This document shows positions 1 through 13,464 of a stretch of DNA of 64,000 bases, one piece after another. The position numbers and the translations under genes are program-made. Position 1 is the first letter of the stretch. Each line of letters starts with the position of its first letter. This DNA comes from Lytechinus pictus (Eukaryota): positions 744,001 through 808,000 of the forward strand of contig NC_087245.1 in the NCBI RefSeq assembly GCF_037042905.1, written 5' to 3'. The notes under the pieces were generated by a model. The model was not told the DNA's origin and searched no databases. It saw nothing but the letters and a program-made list of their open reading frames with translations.

Positions 1-1736
1 TTTAGGTGAAACTTTCGATCTAAAACATGGTACAAAATAATTATTTTCATGCAACAAAAGTGGTTGGTTTTACACTTAATTTCTGTGTGAGTCCATGTAA
101 TTAAAAGATTATGATAAAGCTTAAGATGATATAGGTTTAATAAGAAGATATATTTTAGATGGGTCAGCATCCAGCTTTTCATAGGCCAAGTACATTTAGC
201 AGCTTAAAAAACAAGAATACTGCGCTCTGTTTGGTCATAGAGATCACACTCCCACTCAAATTCCAACATTCCATTGCTGGGGCCTGCCCAAGGTCACATC
301 CACCGTAATAATAATAATAATAATAACGGTATATATACCCAGGGTAGCCACTTCAGTTCCGAAAACTGTTCTCCCAGCGGGCCCTGCGATTATTATTACC
401 CCGGATTGCTACCATGTAGCAATCTCTTCAAATTACCCGCGGCTGTACAGTTGTTCTGACACCTTATCCAGCCAATCAGAACTCTGGATTTCATGCTACT
501 CAAAATTCAGAAATCTCGTCTCGTATTTTGATGGGAAAAGCTTGCTGCTGAAACATCTAAATTGTAAGAAAGTATAGGGTTTGAGCTTTTTGACGATATA
601 AATAGTATTTGTGCCCCCCCAAAAAGAAAGTCTGGAACAATTTGCAAGAGAAAACAGAGGAATCTTTTCAGGCCTGAAATTCACTTATTTATCAAAATAT
701 TTTATTCAAAAGAAATAACCAATATAAAAAAGTGACATTAATCTTTCATATGGTAAAAAAAATATAATTTTACTTGAGGAGAAAGTGTTTAAATTCTTTG
801 AGAAAGAAAGTCCCACAATTCACGAGATTTTGCAGGGACATAAATTCAGCCACGAGAGGACTTGGATAAATCTTGCTCATTTTGCTCATTAGCATAGGGA
901 CCCCTCCCACTCCCCCTCTCTCATTCTTTTGATGATTATATCCGCTTTTCCTCTCATTCTATACCCCACAATTTCCATGAATTCTTTTCACCTATCTTTG
1001 GCTCTTGCAAACATAGTCCATTTGTGTGGGTGTTTGAGGGGGTGTGGGTGTGTGTGTCTCATTTCATTGAATGTTGATTTCATATTTTAAAGGAACCTGC
1101 ATACTTTACATGCAAGCTCTGCTTTTTTTATGCAGGTTCCTTCATATTTTACTCATTTATGGTCATTCTTAATCTTATAATCTACTGTCTTTATTTGCTA
1201 TACTGAATTACCTTGCCACACTATTCTTTATCATCAAATGTGTTGCTTATCATGTTGGTATATTTTGTTATTTATTTTGTGAAATATGAAAATAAATTCA
1301 ACTCAAATCAAATGTATAGTTATTACTATCTTTTTACATGATTTGGGGAACGAATGAAATAACAGTTCTTCCTTTCATAAGATTAAGTGTAAGTAAACAT
1401 TGTAAGCAAATCTAATGAGCCAAAAATAACGAATTCCCGTTGTCACAAAAAGATGTACAATTCAATTTAATGCAATGATGGTTTCACTGTGAGAAATGAA
1501 TACATGACAAAAGTCCAAGGACTCATCATATTTACAAAATTAAAAGCATGTATAAATATTATTACAATTTGGGTTTTTAACCCAATACAGTGTATAAAAC
1601 CACAGTATAGACCAATTAGTCGATACAAGTGCAAATAATCATTCTCGCAAGTTCCAAAGAAACATTGCGATTGATTAATAAATAGTTCCCAATGTCACGA
1701 GTATGGAGGGGGCCGTAGCAAGATCAGGACCAGTCT

Positions 1737-1773
1737 TCATCAAGCTTTCGGGCACATGCCCTTCATCAGGATC
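1737..1773 (-). ncRNA. Minimal type-I hammerhead ribozyme-like motif (Penelope-associated)
   Basis: Minus strand: AUC-CUGAUGA-A-GGGC(AUGU)GCCC-GAAA-GCUU-GAU. Core boxes, stem II, palindromic AGCU stem III, 3-bp stem I. Confidence 0.7.
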
Positions 1774-1849
1774 TAAACCAATATAGAAAATATACTATTA
1801 ACAACGATGAATACATTCCGTTGTCATTTTTTTGTCTCCATTTGTGGTG

Positions 1850-2045
1850 ATTTAGCGATTACAAGTAAGTCGCGTAGTGATCTGTTTCGGCGAAAGGATG
1901 TCACGGGGGCTCTGGATATATTCGTAAAAGTGTGATCTTGTTTTTGATGAGAAGTCGTTATCGAGGTATGATGGAGGCTTTATGTATCTGTTTTGTTCCC
2001 ATGTTGGTGTTGTACTGACGACGTCTTCGAGAACACTTTAAATAC
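1850..2045 (-). mobile_element. Degraded Penelope-like element ORF fragment (RT-GIY-YIG linker)
   Basis: Frameshifted peptides KQIHKASIIPR and RIYPEP/PVTSFRRNRSLRDLLV resemble the Penelope linker motif P..xFRRxxxLRDxLV; adjacent to the hammerhead motif on the same strand. Confidence 0.7.
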
Positions 2046-2584
2046 CTTTCAACATACAGTATAAAGACAAAGGTATTGTTCCGAGAGGATTTTTACTAGA
2101 CAAAACGCAATCCTTCAAGTGCAAATACAAATCGAAATATAATTACAAAACATTTATAGAATAGCTGGTTTGGAAATAAGCGTGGGCCGGCCGGGATCCA
2201 CTAAAAAGCACTGCTCGTCGAGCGTGGATCCCCTAGGATAATGTTATTAAACATTGTCTCCGGTGGAGTAGGAACAGCAAGACAAACACCAACCACAGAA
2301 AGTCATGCATGAGATCTGTAGTCAGGCAGTTTTGGGGTTGTCCATATGGCACAAAAAGAACATTTTTGCCAGGTCCCGCTCAGGCTCTTGAAGGTCGGGT
2401 ATAGCATTACAGAATTACAGAAGTTTAACACCACAGGTCTTTGGTGAAGTCTTGCAGAGGATGGCCCCATGAGAGGGAACATTTTAGACAAGCCCTCTTA
2501 CCTGGGCCCTGTTGCATAAAAGTTACCGTAATAGTAACTTTTATTCAAAGGAGCCCTAGTCTCAAATTGCCAGTGGTCTCTGAG

Positions 2585-2712
2585 CATGTTGGGATACAGC
2601 CTTCGCACTATATCCCAGGAACCCACTGCAAAAGAGGGTTGTCCAGAGAGGAGAGAATCTTGAATTATCGAATCTCCTATGGGAGGAGAGTAGTTGAGAA
2701 TGTCCTCGCTAC
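2585..2712 (+). mobile_element. PIF/Harbinger transposase remnant
   Basis: GLSREERILNYRISYGRRVVENV resembles the Harbinger/HARBI1 DDE motif L..EERIFNYRLSRARRVVENAFG. Confidence 0.65.
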
Positions 2713-4269
2713 GGGATACTTTCCAGCAGATTCAGGTGTCCCCTCAGGCCCCTCAGGACTCTAGAACAAAAGCCCAACAATGGAAAAGGTTTCTGTGAAA
2801 GCTTCAGTCCTTCTGCAGAACATAGACATGATAGAGCGTATCCGGGCATTGCCGCACTACCGCCGGACAGTGAGAATGAAAATTGAAATATCTTTCCAGG
2901 TGCGCGGAGGGTCATAAGTGGACTGACGAGATCTGCATCGACCTATTGCACCTCCAAGCTCATCCACAGCACATTAGAGAACTCATCTTGCTCATGAAGT
3001 AATACTTTATCTCGATCACCATAATGGTGCGGTTGCATGGTGGGTAAGGATGGCATGCATGCACTGTCTGGAAGATGTTTGGGATAAGGGATAAAATGGT
3101 GGTGGTGATCATGTGATGGGGATGATGTATGATGAAACCTGAACTCGAAAGACGACTACTTCATCTCCTAATTTGAACAGAAAGTTAGGAACCCGGATGG
3201 CGGATCATGGGGGGGGGGGGGGGCACAGCCGGCCCGTGCCGCTCCCCCCCCCCCCTCTTGAGAAGTAAAATAAAAATGTGATATGTAAAATCGTTTTTTT
3301 TTTTTCTTGTCAAGGTTTTCCGTGGACGAAATATTAAGTTTTTTGTTTAAAACCTTTTTTTTTTGCTTGCCTAATTTTTCCTCGGAAAAATGTGCCCCCC
3401 CCCCCCTTTAAAAATCCTTGATCCGCCCCTGGTCATGATCTTCTTCAACATTGGTAAAACTTGTTGGTTCCCGTTCATTTAGCTCTCTTTTTTTAGACCA
3501 CAATTTCAATCGAATTTATAGCATTGAAAAATTCAAAGGGACAAATCTGCATGTGTGTGAATATTTTTCAAATTAAAACCCAGTGCACCATGACAATAAG
3601 CTTTATGAGGAATGTTCAGAGAGTTGTTTACAGAAGACTTGTTTGATCGTTCCCTGTCTCAAACCACAGAGTTTTAGATGAGCGAAACCAGCAAAAGAAA
3701 GAAAACAAAAAACCTTATTCTCCGGAATTTGTCCTTGAATTTCCGCCTGAACTGATAATGAAACCTCGCCACTCCGGCAACGATTTGATAGTCACGCTCC
3801 TGTCGTCATTGTTCTGTTGTTACTTTGCTGGGAACAGTGGCGTAACAGGCGGGGGGGGGGGGGCTGAGGGCAAGCTGCCCTTCCTCCTGGCGGATTTCAC
3901 CGGGAAAATAAAAAACGGGAAAAAAGAGAAAAGGAAGGAAGAGAGAAAGGGAAAGGGGAAAAGGGAAAATAAAAAGAAATGGAAAAGGAAGGAAAGTGGG
4001 AAAAGGAAGGAAAGAAGAACATGTGAGGAAGTACAAAATATCCTGAAATACTAATACATTAGCATGATAGCAAGAGAGGGATATAAAATCAAAATATATG
4101 ACTCAATGGCACGGGTAAGAATGGCGAGAAAATGGTAGAAAGAGGCAAAAAGAAACGGGAAATGAAGGTAGAGCCGAAAGCTAAATTGGAAAATCAGAGT
4201 ATGAAGAAAAGGGACAAGCCAACATAATAAAACGACCGGGCTGCCGACGATTGAAAAAAATATAAAGAA

Positions 4270-5360
4270 CGGGAAGAAAGGTGGCTGAAGTCTATTATAA
4301 GCTTGCTAAATTGTATGCAATAATGGTCGCAATCAGGACAAAAATCCTTAGACAAGGGCTAGTAATACCCCCCTATATATTATCTCCTAACCTAAGGAAA
4401 GTTTTACGCTGGCTATAGATTTACCGTAAAAAGACTCTTAATGTTTACTTTGGCTCAATTTCCAAAGCTACTATCACATAAGTAGAATTTCAAAATCATT
4501 TTAAAAGGCCAAATTTTCTGGCTCGCTGGCGTCTTTTACAATTTTTTTCCACATTTGCTATGATGTGCTGCCTCAAAATAGTTATCCTCAACTGCGTTGA
4601 ATTCAATATGTGTTGTGTATGTATATATAAAACAGTGGCCATCTACAATGTTTAAAATATCACGAGGTTCCGGGGGCTCCGCCCCAGACCAGTGGCTGCA
4701 CCAGGGGTGGGAGGCACGGGGGGCATTTTCCCAGTGAGTTGGTCCCACTCCCGAAATTTTGAAAAATAAAAGAATGTAAAGTAAATGTTGTCATAAGCAT
4801 CCTACTAAACCTTCAAAGTGCTCCAAAACAGCTTTTTCGTTCTTTAAATGTTAAAAATTTTCTCATCAATTCAATGTTAGCTCCCAACAATTTTTGTCAC
4901 TAAAATAAATCTTTCTGGTCATGATAATATTCAAATTGTCGCTCGCACTATGCGATCGCAGTAACTGTTGACTGAGATAATCTTTTAACATGCGGCTTAA
5001 AAATCCAATGTTCAACTCACTATGCTTCTCGCGATGAGAGTTTTCATTATTCGTTTTAGCGATATACATTTTCAGATCGCGCTACGCGCTCGCATCAATT
5101 GTTTAATTATAGATAGCCATCCAGTTCATGATTACAAAAGGTGCTTAGAGCGTCCAGTTATCATCTCAGGATATGAAAAATTTTCAGCTCGCGCTTCCAT
5201 TATTTAATTGGTGAGATATCATCTTCATGACCCAATGCAAACAGCTAGTCCTTAACCATGTTAACAGGTCCCTTTTCAAGTCAATAGGGTCTATATACAT
5301 TTTAAAAAATAAGCTCCCGCTTGAGAATTAGGCAAAACATCTGTGTGTTGGCCCCCCAAA
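4270..5360 (+). repeat. Dispersed repeat, homologous to ~39350-40380
   Basis: Shared collinear sequence from TAATGGTCGCAATCAGGACAAAA through GTGTTGGCC; many GCTCGCGC motifs. Confidence 0.8.
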
Positions 5361-5469
5361 AAAAAAAAAAAAAAAAAAATATATATTTTATTTGAATGGA
5401 GCTTAACCTATCCTCTATCCTTCCCCATCTTAACTAAATACTTTTTAGGATAATTCGTAACGTCATGAT

Positions 5470-5800
5470 AATAATAATACCAACATGCTTATATAGCGCA
5501 TATCACTGCCAATTGCGTCCCTATGCGCCTTTGAAGGAAAAGGCAAAGAAAAATGAGAAATTTGCTGGAAATTGTGGCACTAACTCATTTAAAAGTCTTA
5601 TTGAATAAATATGTTTTCAAAGTGGATTTAAACTTGGGTGGAGAAGAGTTCTTTACATATGATGGGGTGGAATTCCAAAGTGAAGGGGCAGCATGGGCAA
5701 AGGATCGTTCTCCATAAAACTTGGTCTGAACACTAGGACAATTTAAAAGATCCTTCTGAGCTGATCGAAGATTACGAGATGGCACATACTTAACTAAACC
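5470..5800 (-). mobile_element. CR1/L2-group LINE 3' fragment
   Basis: YVPSRNLRS..FYGERSFAHAAPSLWNS..FKSTLKTYLF C-terminal motif, followed by a 3' UTR and (TTA)n tail. Confidence 0.8.
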
Positions 5801-7265
5801 ATCAATAAGATATTTTGATTTAAATTCAGCATCTATTTCATTAGATAAAAAAAGTGGTAACAAAATCATGTACGAACAAAGAGACAACAATAAAACATTA
5901 AACAATATATGTAACAATATATATAAAAAAATTGAAATATAACTTAATGGAAAATGGGAATGCACTTTTAAAAGCCAGGAGAAGGCTTGTCAAAACGCAC
6001 ACCCCTAAAGTAGATTGATTTTCTTTTACAGAATCGATATAACAATATCATTTTTTCGTTCTCTCTTTGTTACCCCTTTTTTCTTTTTCTCTTCTTATCT
6101 CTTTTTTTCTCCCCCTTTTCTTCTCTTTTTGGCGCCCCCTTTTTCGCCTACCCGGGGGGGGGGGGGAGGCCGGGCCACGAAAGCCCCCCCCCCCGAATTT
6201 GACTAAGCATGTTAGGTTGTAAATAAATTGGTGTTATATCAAATAAGAGTGAGATTTAGGAAAAAAGAGGTAGTACTTTCATCATGAATGATGAAAGTAC
6301 ATATCGATCAAAAAACTTCAATCATATTATGTAAAATAAATACCTGTCAGGGAAGAGAAAAGAACAATTTCTTTCCGTTCTCTCTTTGTTTCACCTTTTT
6401 CTTTTCTTATCTCTTTTTTTCTCCCCCTTTTCATCTCTTTTTGGCGCCCCCTTTTTCGCCTACGGGGGGAGGCCGGGCCACGAAAGCCCCCCCCCCCCCC
6501 CCGAATACGCACATACGTTGGGATTCTCTGTCAGGTGTATAAACATGATTAAAAAACGCAAACGCCCTGATCAAGCAAACGCTCAAGCTGCTCTGACGGA
6601 GCTTGAAAAAACACAAAACAAGTGCTTAAACGCCCAAGCGAAATGTTCTCTTTATATGCATGTGCCTTTTTTAGCAATAGCTTAATCGTCAAGGAAATGC
6701 TAGCAGTCAGTCAGTAAGCGATCGAACTTACAAGCAAATAAAGTATTTGTTCGCTCATTTTTATGCATACACAATCAAGCAAAAGCCTAGCAAAAGCAAT
6801 TGCTACCTTTTATGCAGCTAAACAGTTCCTGAGAGGCATATTTCTTATTTATGAAATTTGAATTTAATTTAATGGTTCATTTATTTTTATCTATTAATTA
6901 ATTTGTTATCATTTTATTTTCATTTATTTATTTTTATTTCATTATCTTTTTTTTGGGGGGGGGGGGGTAATAAGTGTTCTAGCTAAAAGTGAAACTTAAC
7001 GATTTTTTTTTTTGGGTGGGTAAATAAGTGTTCTCGGAGTGAAACTGTACATGCTTTAGGATTCAGCCTGCATGTCTACTATTTTGATGATGAAAGTACT
7101 ACCTCTTTTGCTTAAAACCCACTCTTATTTGATATAACACTAATTTATTTACAACTAAACATCCTTAGTCAAATCAACATGAGACATCACGCAATGGGAT
7201 TACGCGTTTCATTTGATTTTTTTTTTCATTTTTCAAGACATGATATATTGTATATGCAGGGATAT

Positions 7266-8417
7266 CACTGGAGAGAGTAAGACGTAACACCCCCCCCCCC
7301 TGTTGTAGGGATAATCGTCACTATTACTGGAGAGAGTAAGGTGTAACACCCCCCCTTGTAGGCATAATCGTTACTATCACTGGAGAGAGTGAAGCGCAAC
7401 ACCCCCCCCCTCTTGTAGGCATAATCGTTACAATCACTGGTGAGAGTAAGGCATAACACCCCCCCTGTAATTGTAGGCGCGCATAATCGTTACTATCACT
7501 GGAGAGAGCAAAGCTTAACACCCCCCCTATTGTAGGCATAATCGTTACTGTCACTGGAGAGAGTAAGGCGTAACACCCCCCCCCCCTGTTGTAGGCATAA
7601 TTGTCACTATCACTAGAGAGAGTAAGGCGTAACACCCCCCCCTGTTGTAGGGATAATCGTCACTATCACTGGAGAGAGTAAGGCGTAACACCCCCCCCCC
7701 TGTTGTAGGCATAATTGTTACTATCACTGGAGAGAGTAAGGCGTAACACCCCCCCCCCTGTTGTAGGCATAATCGTTACAATCACTGGAGAGAGAAAGGC
7801 GTAACACCCCCCCCCCTGTTGTAGGCATAATCGTTACTATCACTGGAGAGAGTAAGGCGTAACACCCCCCCCCCTGTTGTAGGCATAATCGTTACAATCA
7901 CTGGAGAGAGTAAGGCGTAACACCCCCCCCCTGTTGTAGGCATAATCGTTACTATCACTGGAGAGAGTAAGGCGTAACACCCCCCCCCCCTGTTGTAGGC
8001 ATAATCGTTACAATCACTGGAGAGAGTAAGGCGTAACACCCCCCCCCCCTGTTGTAGGCATTCGTTACAATCACTGGAGAGAGTAAGGCGTAACACCCCC
8101 CCCCCTGTTGTAGGCATAATCGTTACTATCACTGGAGAGAGTAAGGCGTAACACCCCCCCCCCCCTGTTGTAGGCATAATCGTTACTATCACTGGAGAGA
8201 GTAAGGCGTCACACCCCCCCCCCCTGTTGTAGGCATAATCGTTACAATCACTGGAGAGAGTAAGGCGTAACACCCCCCCCCCCCCCTGTTGTAGGCATAA
8301 TCGTTATTATCACTGGAGAGAGTAAGGCGTAACACCCCCCCCCCTGTTGTAGGCATAATCGTTACAATCACTGGAGAGAGTAAGGCGTAACACCCCCCCC
8401 CCCCTGTTGTAGGCATA
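7266..8417. repeat. ~59-62 bp minisatellite, left part (~19 units)
   Basis: Unit CACTGGAGAGAGTAAGGCGTAACA(C)9-13TGTTGTAGGCATAATCGTTACWAT, head-to-tail, no unique spacers. Confidence 0.97.
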
Positions 8418-9989
8418 TGTCAGGAAAAAGCTTGTACACAGAATAATTAAAAACAGAACGACTACTTTAAATTTAAGTTTATCTTTAATAACAGAATATT
8501 CAAACGATCACCTTTTCAAGGTTTACATTCAATCACTCCTCTTCTTTGTAAATTCCTTTAACTCTAGTCAAAGTACATCATTCATAACCACAGGTGAAAT
8601 GAATATGAAATACAAAGACTAAAACTCCTAGAGTATACGTGACAGATTACACTTTGATATGTTATTAAATTTGGAAAAGGATTATTACTATCAAAACCGG
8701 ACCGGCATGTCCTTTGAGCTCATATAATTATTTCAGGTGGAAATAACTTGTTTTTTTAGTCCAGTTCAATCATTGTCTTTGACATAGGCGATTTCGGAAT
8801 CAGAGCAATGCTCATCGAGTAAAGTTCAGTAGTGAGTAAACAAAAATGTAGCGCATATAGATGTTCCTTGAAAACGACGAATCCGCTTACCAGTCGAAAA
8901 GACTTACTGACATCGAACAAACGTTGAGCATTGTTATGGTTGATCACTTATAGTCCAGTCAATCTAGCCAGAATAGGGGGGTAACCCACCACTAATTGCA
9001 ACACGAGATATTCCACTGAAATGCTTTCAAGGAAGGTCCCCTAAACAACATACTAAAAGTCCCAAGAAATCCAAGCAGTGGAAATTTATGAAATTTGCAT
9101 ATTATGCAAATTAGCCATGAAAAATTATAAAAAGAAGGGACATAATCCAAAGATTACAAATTAAATGTCAAAAACAATTTAATTTGAATGGAAATTCATG
9201 ATAAATAACTGAATTCAATGTTTTTAATCAAAAGTGCAAAACTTTCTAACTAATTTGCATATTATGCAAATAAGCATCCTTATATGGAAAAAATGTCAAG
9301 ATATTGTGATTTTTCTCATATATACTGCTTGAAAACATTTCATTAATGTTGACATTAATATGCTACTATATCACTAAGCATGAGAATTCATCCCAATGCC
9401 TGAAAATTAATTTGCATATTATGCAAATTAGCCATTAAAAAAATAGAAAATGAGGAAATTAATCCAAAGATTACATATTAAATGTCCACAGCGAGTAATT
9501 TTGAACAAAAGTTCATGATGAATAAATAAGTTCAATGTCTTTATTTAAAAAAGCTAGCAAATCTGCCTCATTTGCATATTATGCAAATAAGTATCCTTAA
9601 ATGGAAAATGTCAAGAAATTTTTATTTTTATCACATTGACTGCAGTGTAAACATTTCCGTTTTTCAAATTAAGTTGGTCCTTCTTGTCAAATCTGTAAAA
9701 ATTGAAATATTTTATTATTCAAACAATAAAAAGCAAAAGAAATAGTGAGTGATGGACATCATCGACTCTCTCATTTGCATATCACTGAGTTGTGCATTTA
9801 ACTGTTTTGTGAAAAATAAGCGAAACTTAAAAATGTCATAACCATCTTATTTTACATCCGATTTCGATGAAATTTGCAGCGTTATGTTTGTTTGATTTTT
9901 CTCTATCGATTCAAAGCAACAATTTTTTGGGGTGGACTTGACCTTTAACAATTTCTTCAGTAGTCTGGCTACACCTGCTTGACTAAACT

Positions 9990-10760
9990 GGGTCAGGACT
10001 GGGTCCCAGGACTTCAGTGTCATCATCATCATGATCAGTGGTGAATACTAAGACTAAAAATCTTTGCCTTCCTTTAATAATGATATTCCAATCAGGGAAG
10101 TGTTATAGATTGTAGTCATAGCTATTGATATGAAGGGCTCCCAACATGCTAATTGTTACAGCCTGGATCATTGTCAATCCGGTCAATAAATTATGCATTA
10201 TAGGCTTGTCTGCAAACCCTCTTATGGTCCTCTTTAATGCATTGTAGCAATTCTGAGCTTTACCTTACTGATGCTTTTGGAGCTCTAAAATGTGCAAGCC
10301 TTCCTAGCCTTTCTCTAAAACTCTTGACATCTCCCGACACAACTTATGTCCATTGTCTCATTGAGGCAACTTGTGTCGGAAGAAGACATGGTTAACGGTG
10401 TGTTCTTGTTAAAGTCCTCTTGATTGGCATTCAGTCTCCTATGCTCGACTTGTCGGATTTCAGTACAGAGAGTTGTATGATTGTCCAAAGTACATCTGCA
10501 TGACACTATTAAAGTCAGCATTCCTCCAGAAGAACATCCTTAGTCGTACCATAAAATGTTTATTCCTCTAGATAACCTCACAGTATACCCATGAGTAGCA
10601 CATTAATTGTGGCAAATAAATCCTGGAAGTGGTACACACTGTCTAATCAATGTTGGATGGTATTTGACGGTGATGTTAAGGGTGTTCCATTATGTTGTGT
10701 CCTCTTGTTGGAAAGGCAATAATCTGGCTTAGTCCTCCATCTGGTTTGTTCATTGTCTCA
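9990..10760 (-). mobile_element. Degraded CR1-group LINE ORF2 fragment (endonuclease end to RT linker)
   Basis: GLSQIIAFPTRGHN, CVPLPG, FFWRNADF and VFTTD..LGPSP in broken frames. Confidence 0.6.
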
Positions 10761-11111
10761 CTGAGGAATTTCTGTTTACCATAAATATCAGGAAATTAAT
10801 ATTATTTTCATACGACTTACTTAGAAACTATAGCTTTAATATTTGGAGATGGTTGCCATCGGAGATATATCAAAGAGGAAAGAACAGAAAATGGATGCTT
10901 CATCATGAAGCAGCAACTGGATTCAACAAGAACGTCTAATTTCGATTCTTGTATCTGAGGAAGATGCCTATAATGAACTTTAAGCCTTCATCATGAATTT
11001 ATGAATGGCTTTCATGTCGCTCGTATAGGCAAATGCCCGTTGTTACTCTTATTAAGCATGCCCAGAGATGTTGTGATCCAAGCAAGTACTCATATTCACC
11101 ACCAAGACAAG

Positions 11112-11575
11112 TGATGATGATGATGATGATGGGTTCTTGTAAAGCGCCGGTATCCGCCTCAGCTGGGCGCTCATGGCTTGCTTAAAGATAGGAAATATCT
11201 CACAAATTTCAATGTATTCAAACAGCGCTTAGGATCATCATTCAGTTCAAGTACTGTACTAGTAATGCTACAATTGAGTTATTCTTGTCTTGGGATAATG
11301 TTGGAGTGGGGAACAGAAAGGTCTTCAGGTAAGACTCAAAAGTTGATTGGGTCTCTGCTCTCCTGATAAATTGGGGAAGGCTATTCCACAGCTTTGGTCC
11401 AAAGATATAGAAGGCTCTGTCACCCCAGGTTGTGTGGCCGAGAGATTCCCTCAGCAATGCTTGAGCTGCTGATCTGAGACTGCGTGTTGGTCTATATGCT
11501 GAGATAAGAGCTCTGAGATGTAGGGTGGAGATTTATCGTTAAGCGCTTTAAATACAAGGACCCCAAGTTTATAAG
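11112..11575 (-). mobile_element. CR1/L2-group LINE 3' fragment
   Basis: TTWGDRAFYIFGPKLWNSLPQFIR..FESYLKTFLF with (CAT)n tail. Confidence 0.8.
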
Positions 11576-13464
11576 CTAATTGGTGTGCTACAAGGACCAA
11601 ATATTCGAAGCTAATGGGCTTTTATTTGTACGGTTGTGACATCTTGTGCTGATCACTTGGCAATCCAGGAGTTGCTAGCGTGGACTATGGCTCGCAAGAA
11701 ACGCAAAGTCTCTACAAAGTCAAGAAGAGAGCAAGAATTGGATGGAAATAATGAGGCATTCAAGCAGTGGGATCCATGTAGAATGGACTCATCATTGTAC
11801 AATATGAGTGGGGTAACTGCTCGTGACAAAAGTCAATATCAACCAAGCAAGAAGTGTAGGGAAGGTCATCATGGTTAATACACATAATCTACATGGAATT
11901 TTAGAGGAAAGTATCACTTATGTGTGTTCCTTGAATATTTATAACATGTCGGGTGCTTATTTGCATAATATGTAAATTACACTTCAGATATATAAGCTGA
12001 TTATTAATGTATTTGCCATTCTTAGTGATCACATCATATTGATCTAGACTGAAATGTTTTCATAACTGTTTTTGTGAGAAAAATCAAAGTTTCTGGATTT
12101 TTTTCCATATAAAGATGCTCATATATATGCAAATGAGGTAGATTTATTTACGATTTTTTATTTAAAAAATAAATAAATTTGTAAAACCTATCATGGGCTT
12201 CAGTTCAATTCGTATTGATTTCTGCACTTGATTATTTTCCTTATTTGTAATTTATTATGGCTAATTTGCATAAAATCCAAATTTTGTGATTTTCCTATAT
12301 GCTTGTATATTTAAGGACTTTTAATATGGTGTTTAGGAAACCTTCCTGTAAGGTATTGCCATATTCTAATTTCAATAGATAATCTACTTGCAATTTTTGA
12401 TGGATGTATCACCAGTGTGTTTCTTGAATATTTATAACATGTTAGATACTTTTATTTGCATAATATGCAAATTACACTACAGACACTAAGCTGAATACAA
12501 ATGTATTCAACGTCCTTAGTGATAGCAGCATGTAAATTCCAACATTAATGACATTTTCAAGCAGATAATGAGAGAAAAATCACAATACCTTGACATTTTT
12601 CCATATAAGGATGCTTATTTGCATATTATGCAAATGAGGTAGATTTTTTGCACTTTTGACAAAAAACATTGAATACAGTTATTTATCATGAATTTTCGAT
12701 CAAATTGAATTGTTTTGGACACTCAATTTGTAATCTTTGGGCTATTTTCCCTATTTTTCTAACTTTTTATGGCTAATTTGCATAATATGCAAATTTCATA
12801 AATTTCCACTACTTGGATTTCTTGGGACTTTTAGTATGTTGTTTAGGGGACCTTCCTTGAAAGCATTGCAGTGGAATATCTCGTGTTGCAATTAGTGGTG
12901 GGTCAAACCCTATATTGACTGGACTATTAATCGTCATCGATGGACTGTCTATGAACCCATGTTTCGCAGAATGGAACGCTCGTGTCACCTCCCCCTCACT
13001 CAGATTGGGGTCACACAGCATATCAGATCACGATCACGTAGAGTAGTTCACCCAGAATAAATAGCGTGAATAGCGCCCCCTTCAGAAAGAATAACATGGA
13101 ATCGGACGTGGATCTGTCTTTACGTGAGCCACACTTGATTTCTGGAATGTAGAAATAATAACCAACTGCCAGTAAATATCTTGAAGCTGGCAAAATAAAA
13201 CTAGAAGAAATCTTTCTCAGTGAGGGTCTGAGTGTTCCCTCTGTAAAAATCAAAATGGTCCCAGCTTTCTGTATAGACCTCTGCAACTCACCCAACATAG
13301 CTCCACATCCCACTGACTATACAAACTGTGCACTTAACCTACAGTAAAGTGGTGGAGTCGATTTGCATATCAATTAGTAAGACCAAGTGTAGCTCCTTTC
13401 AAATGGATAACAAAAATTCAAGGCAGAGGGAAAAGTAGTTAACTAATTCAGGGGCACTCTGACA

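Larger units (their letters stand above)
8951..12926. mobile_element. Non-autonomous Academ-like DNA transposon with long TIRs
   Basis: TAGTCCAGTCAAT...ATTGACTGGACTA termini; 3-bp TSD TTA (8948-50, 12927-29); several hundred bp of inverted homology. Confidence 0.75.
8418..13464. mobile_element. Solo LTR (~1.07 kb after removing the nested element) inserted in the minisatellite
   Basis: TGTCAG...CTGACA termini; 5-bp TSD GCATA at 8413-8417 and 13465-13469; the array resumes in register. Confidence 0.8.

Noticed and set aside
7265..8416. Repetitive ORFs (MLRLTLSSD..., GGGCYALLSP...)
   Set aside because: Translations of the minisatellite; the frame shifts with C-run length
7266..8417. CRISPR-like regular array
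   Set aside because: Units are contiguous with no unique spacers, there are no cas genes, and the context is eukaryotic; it is a minisatellite
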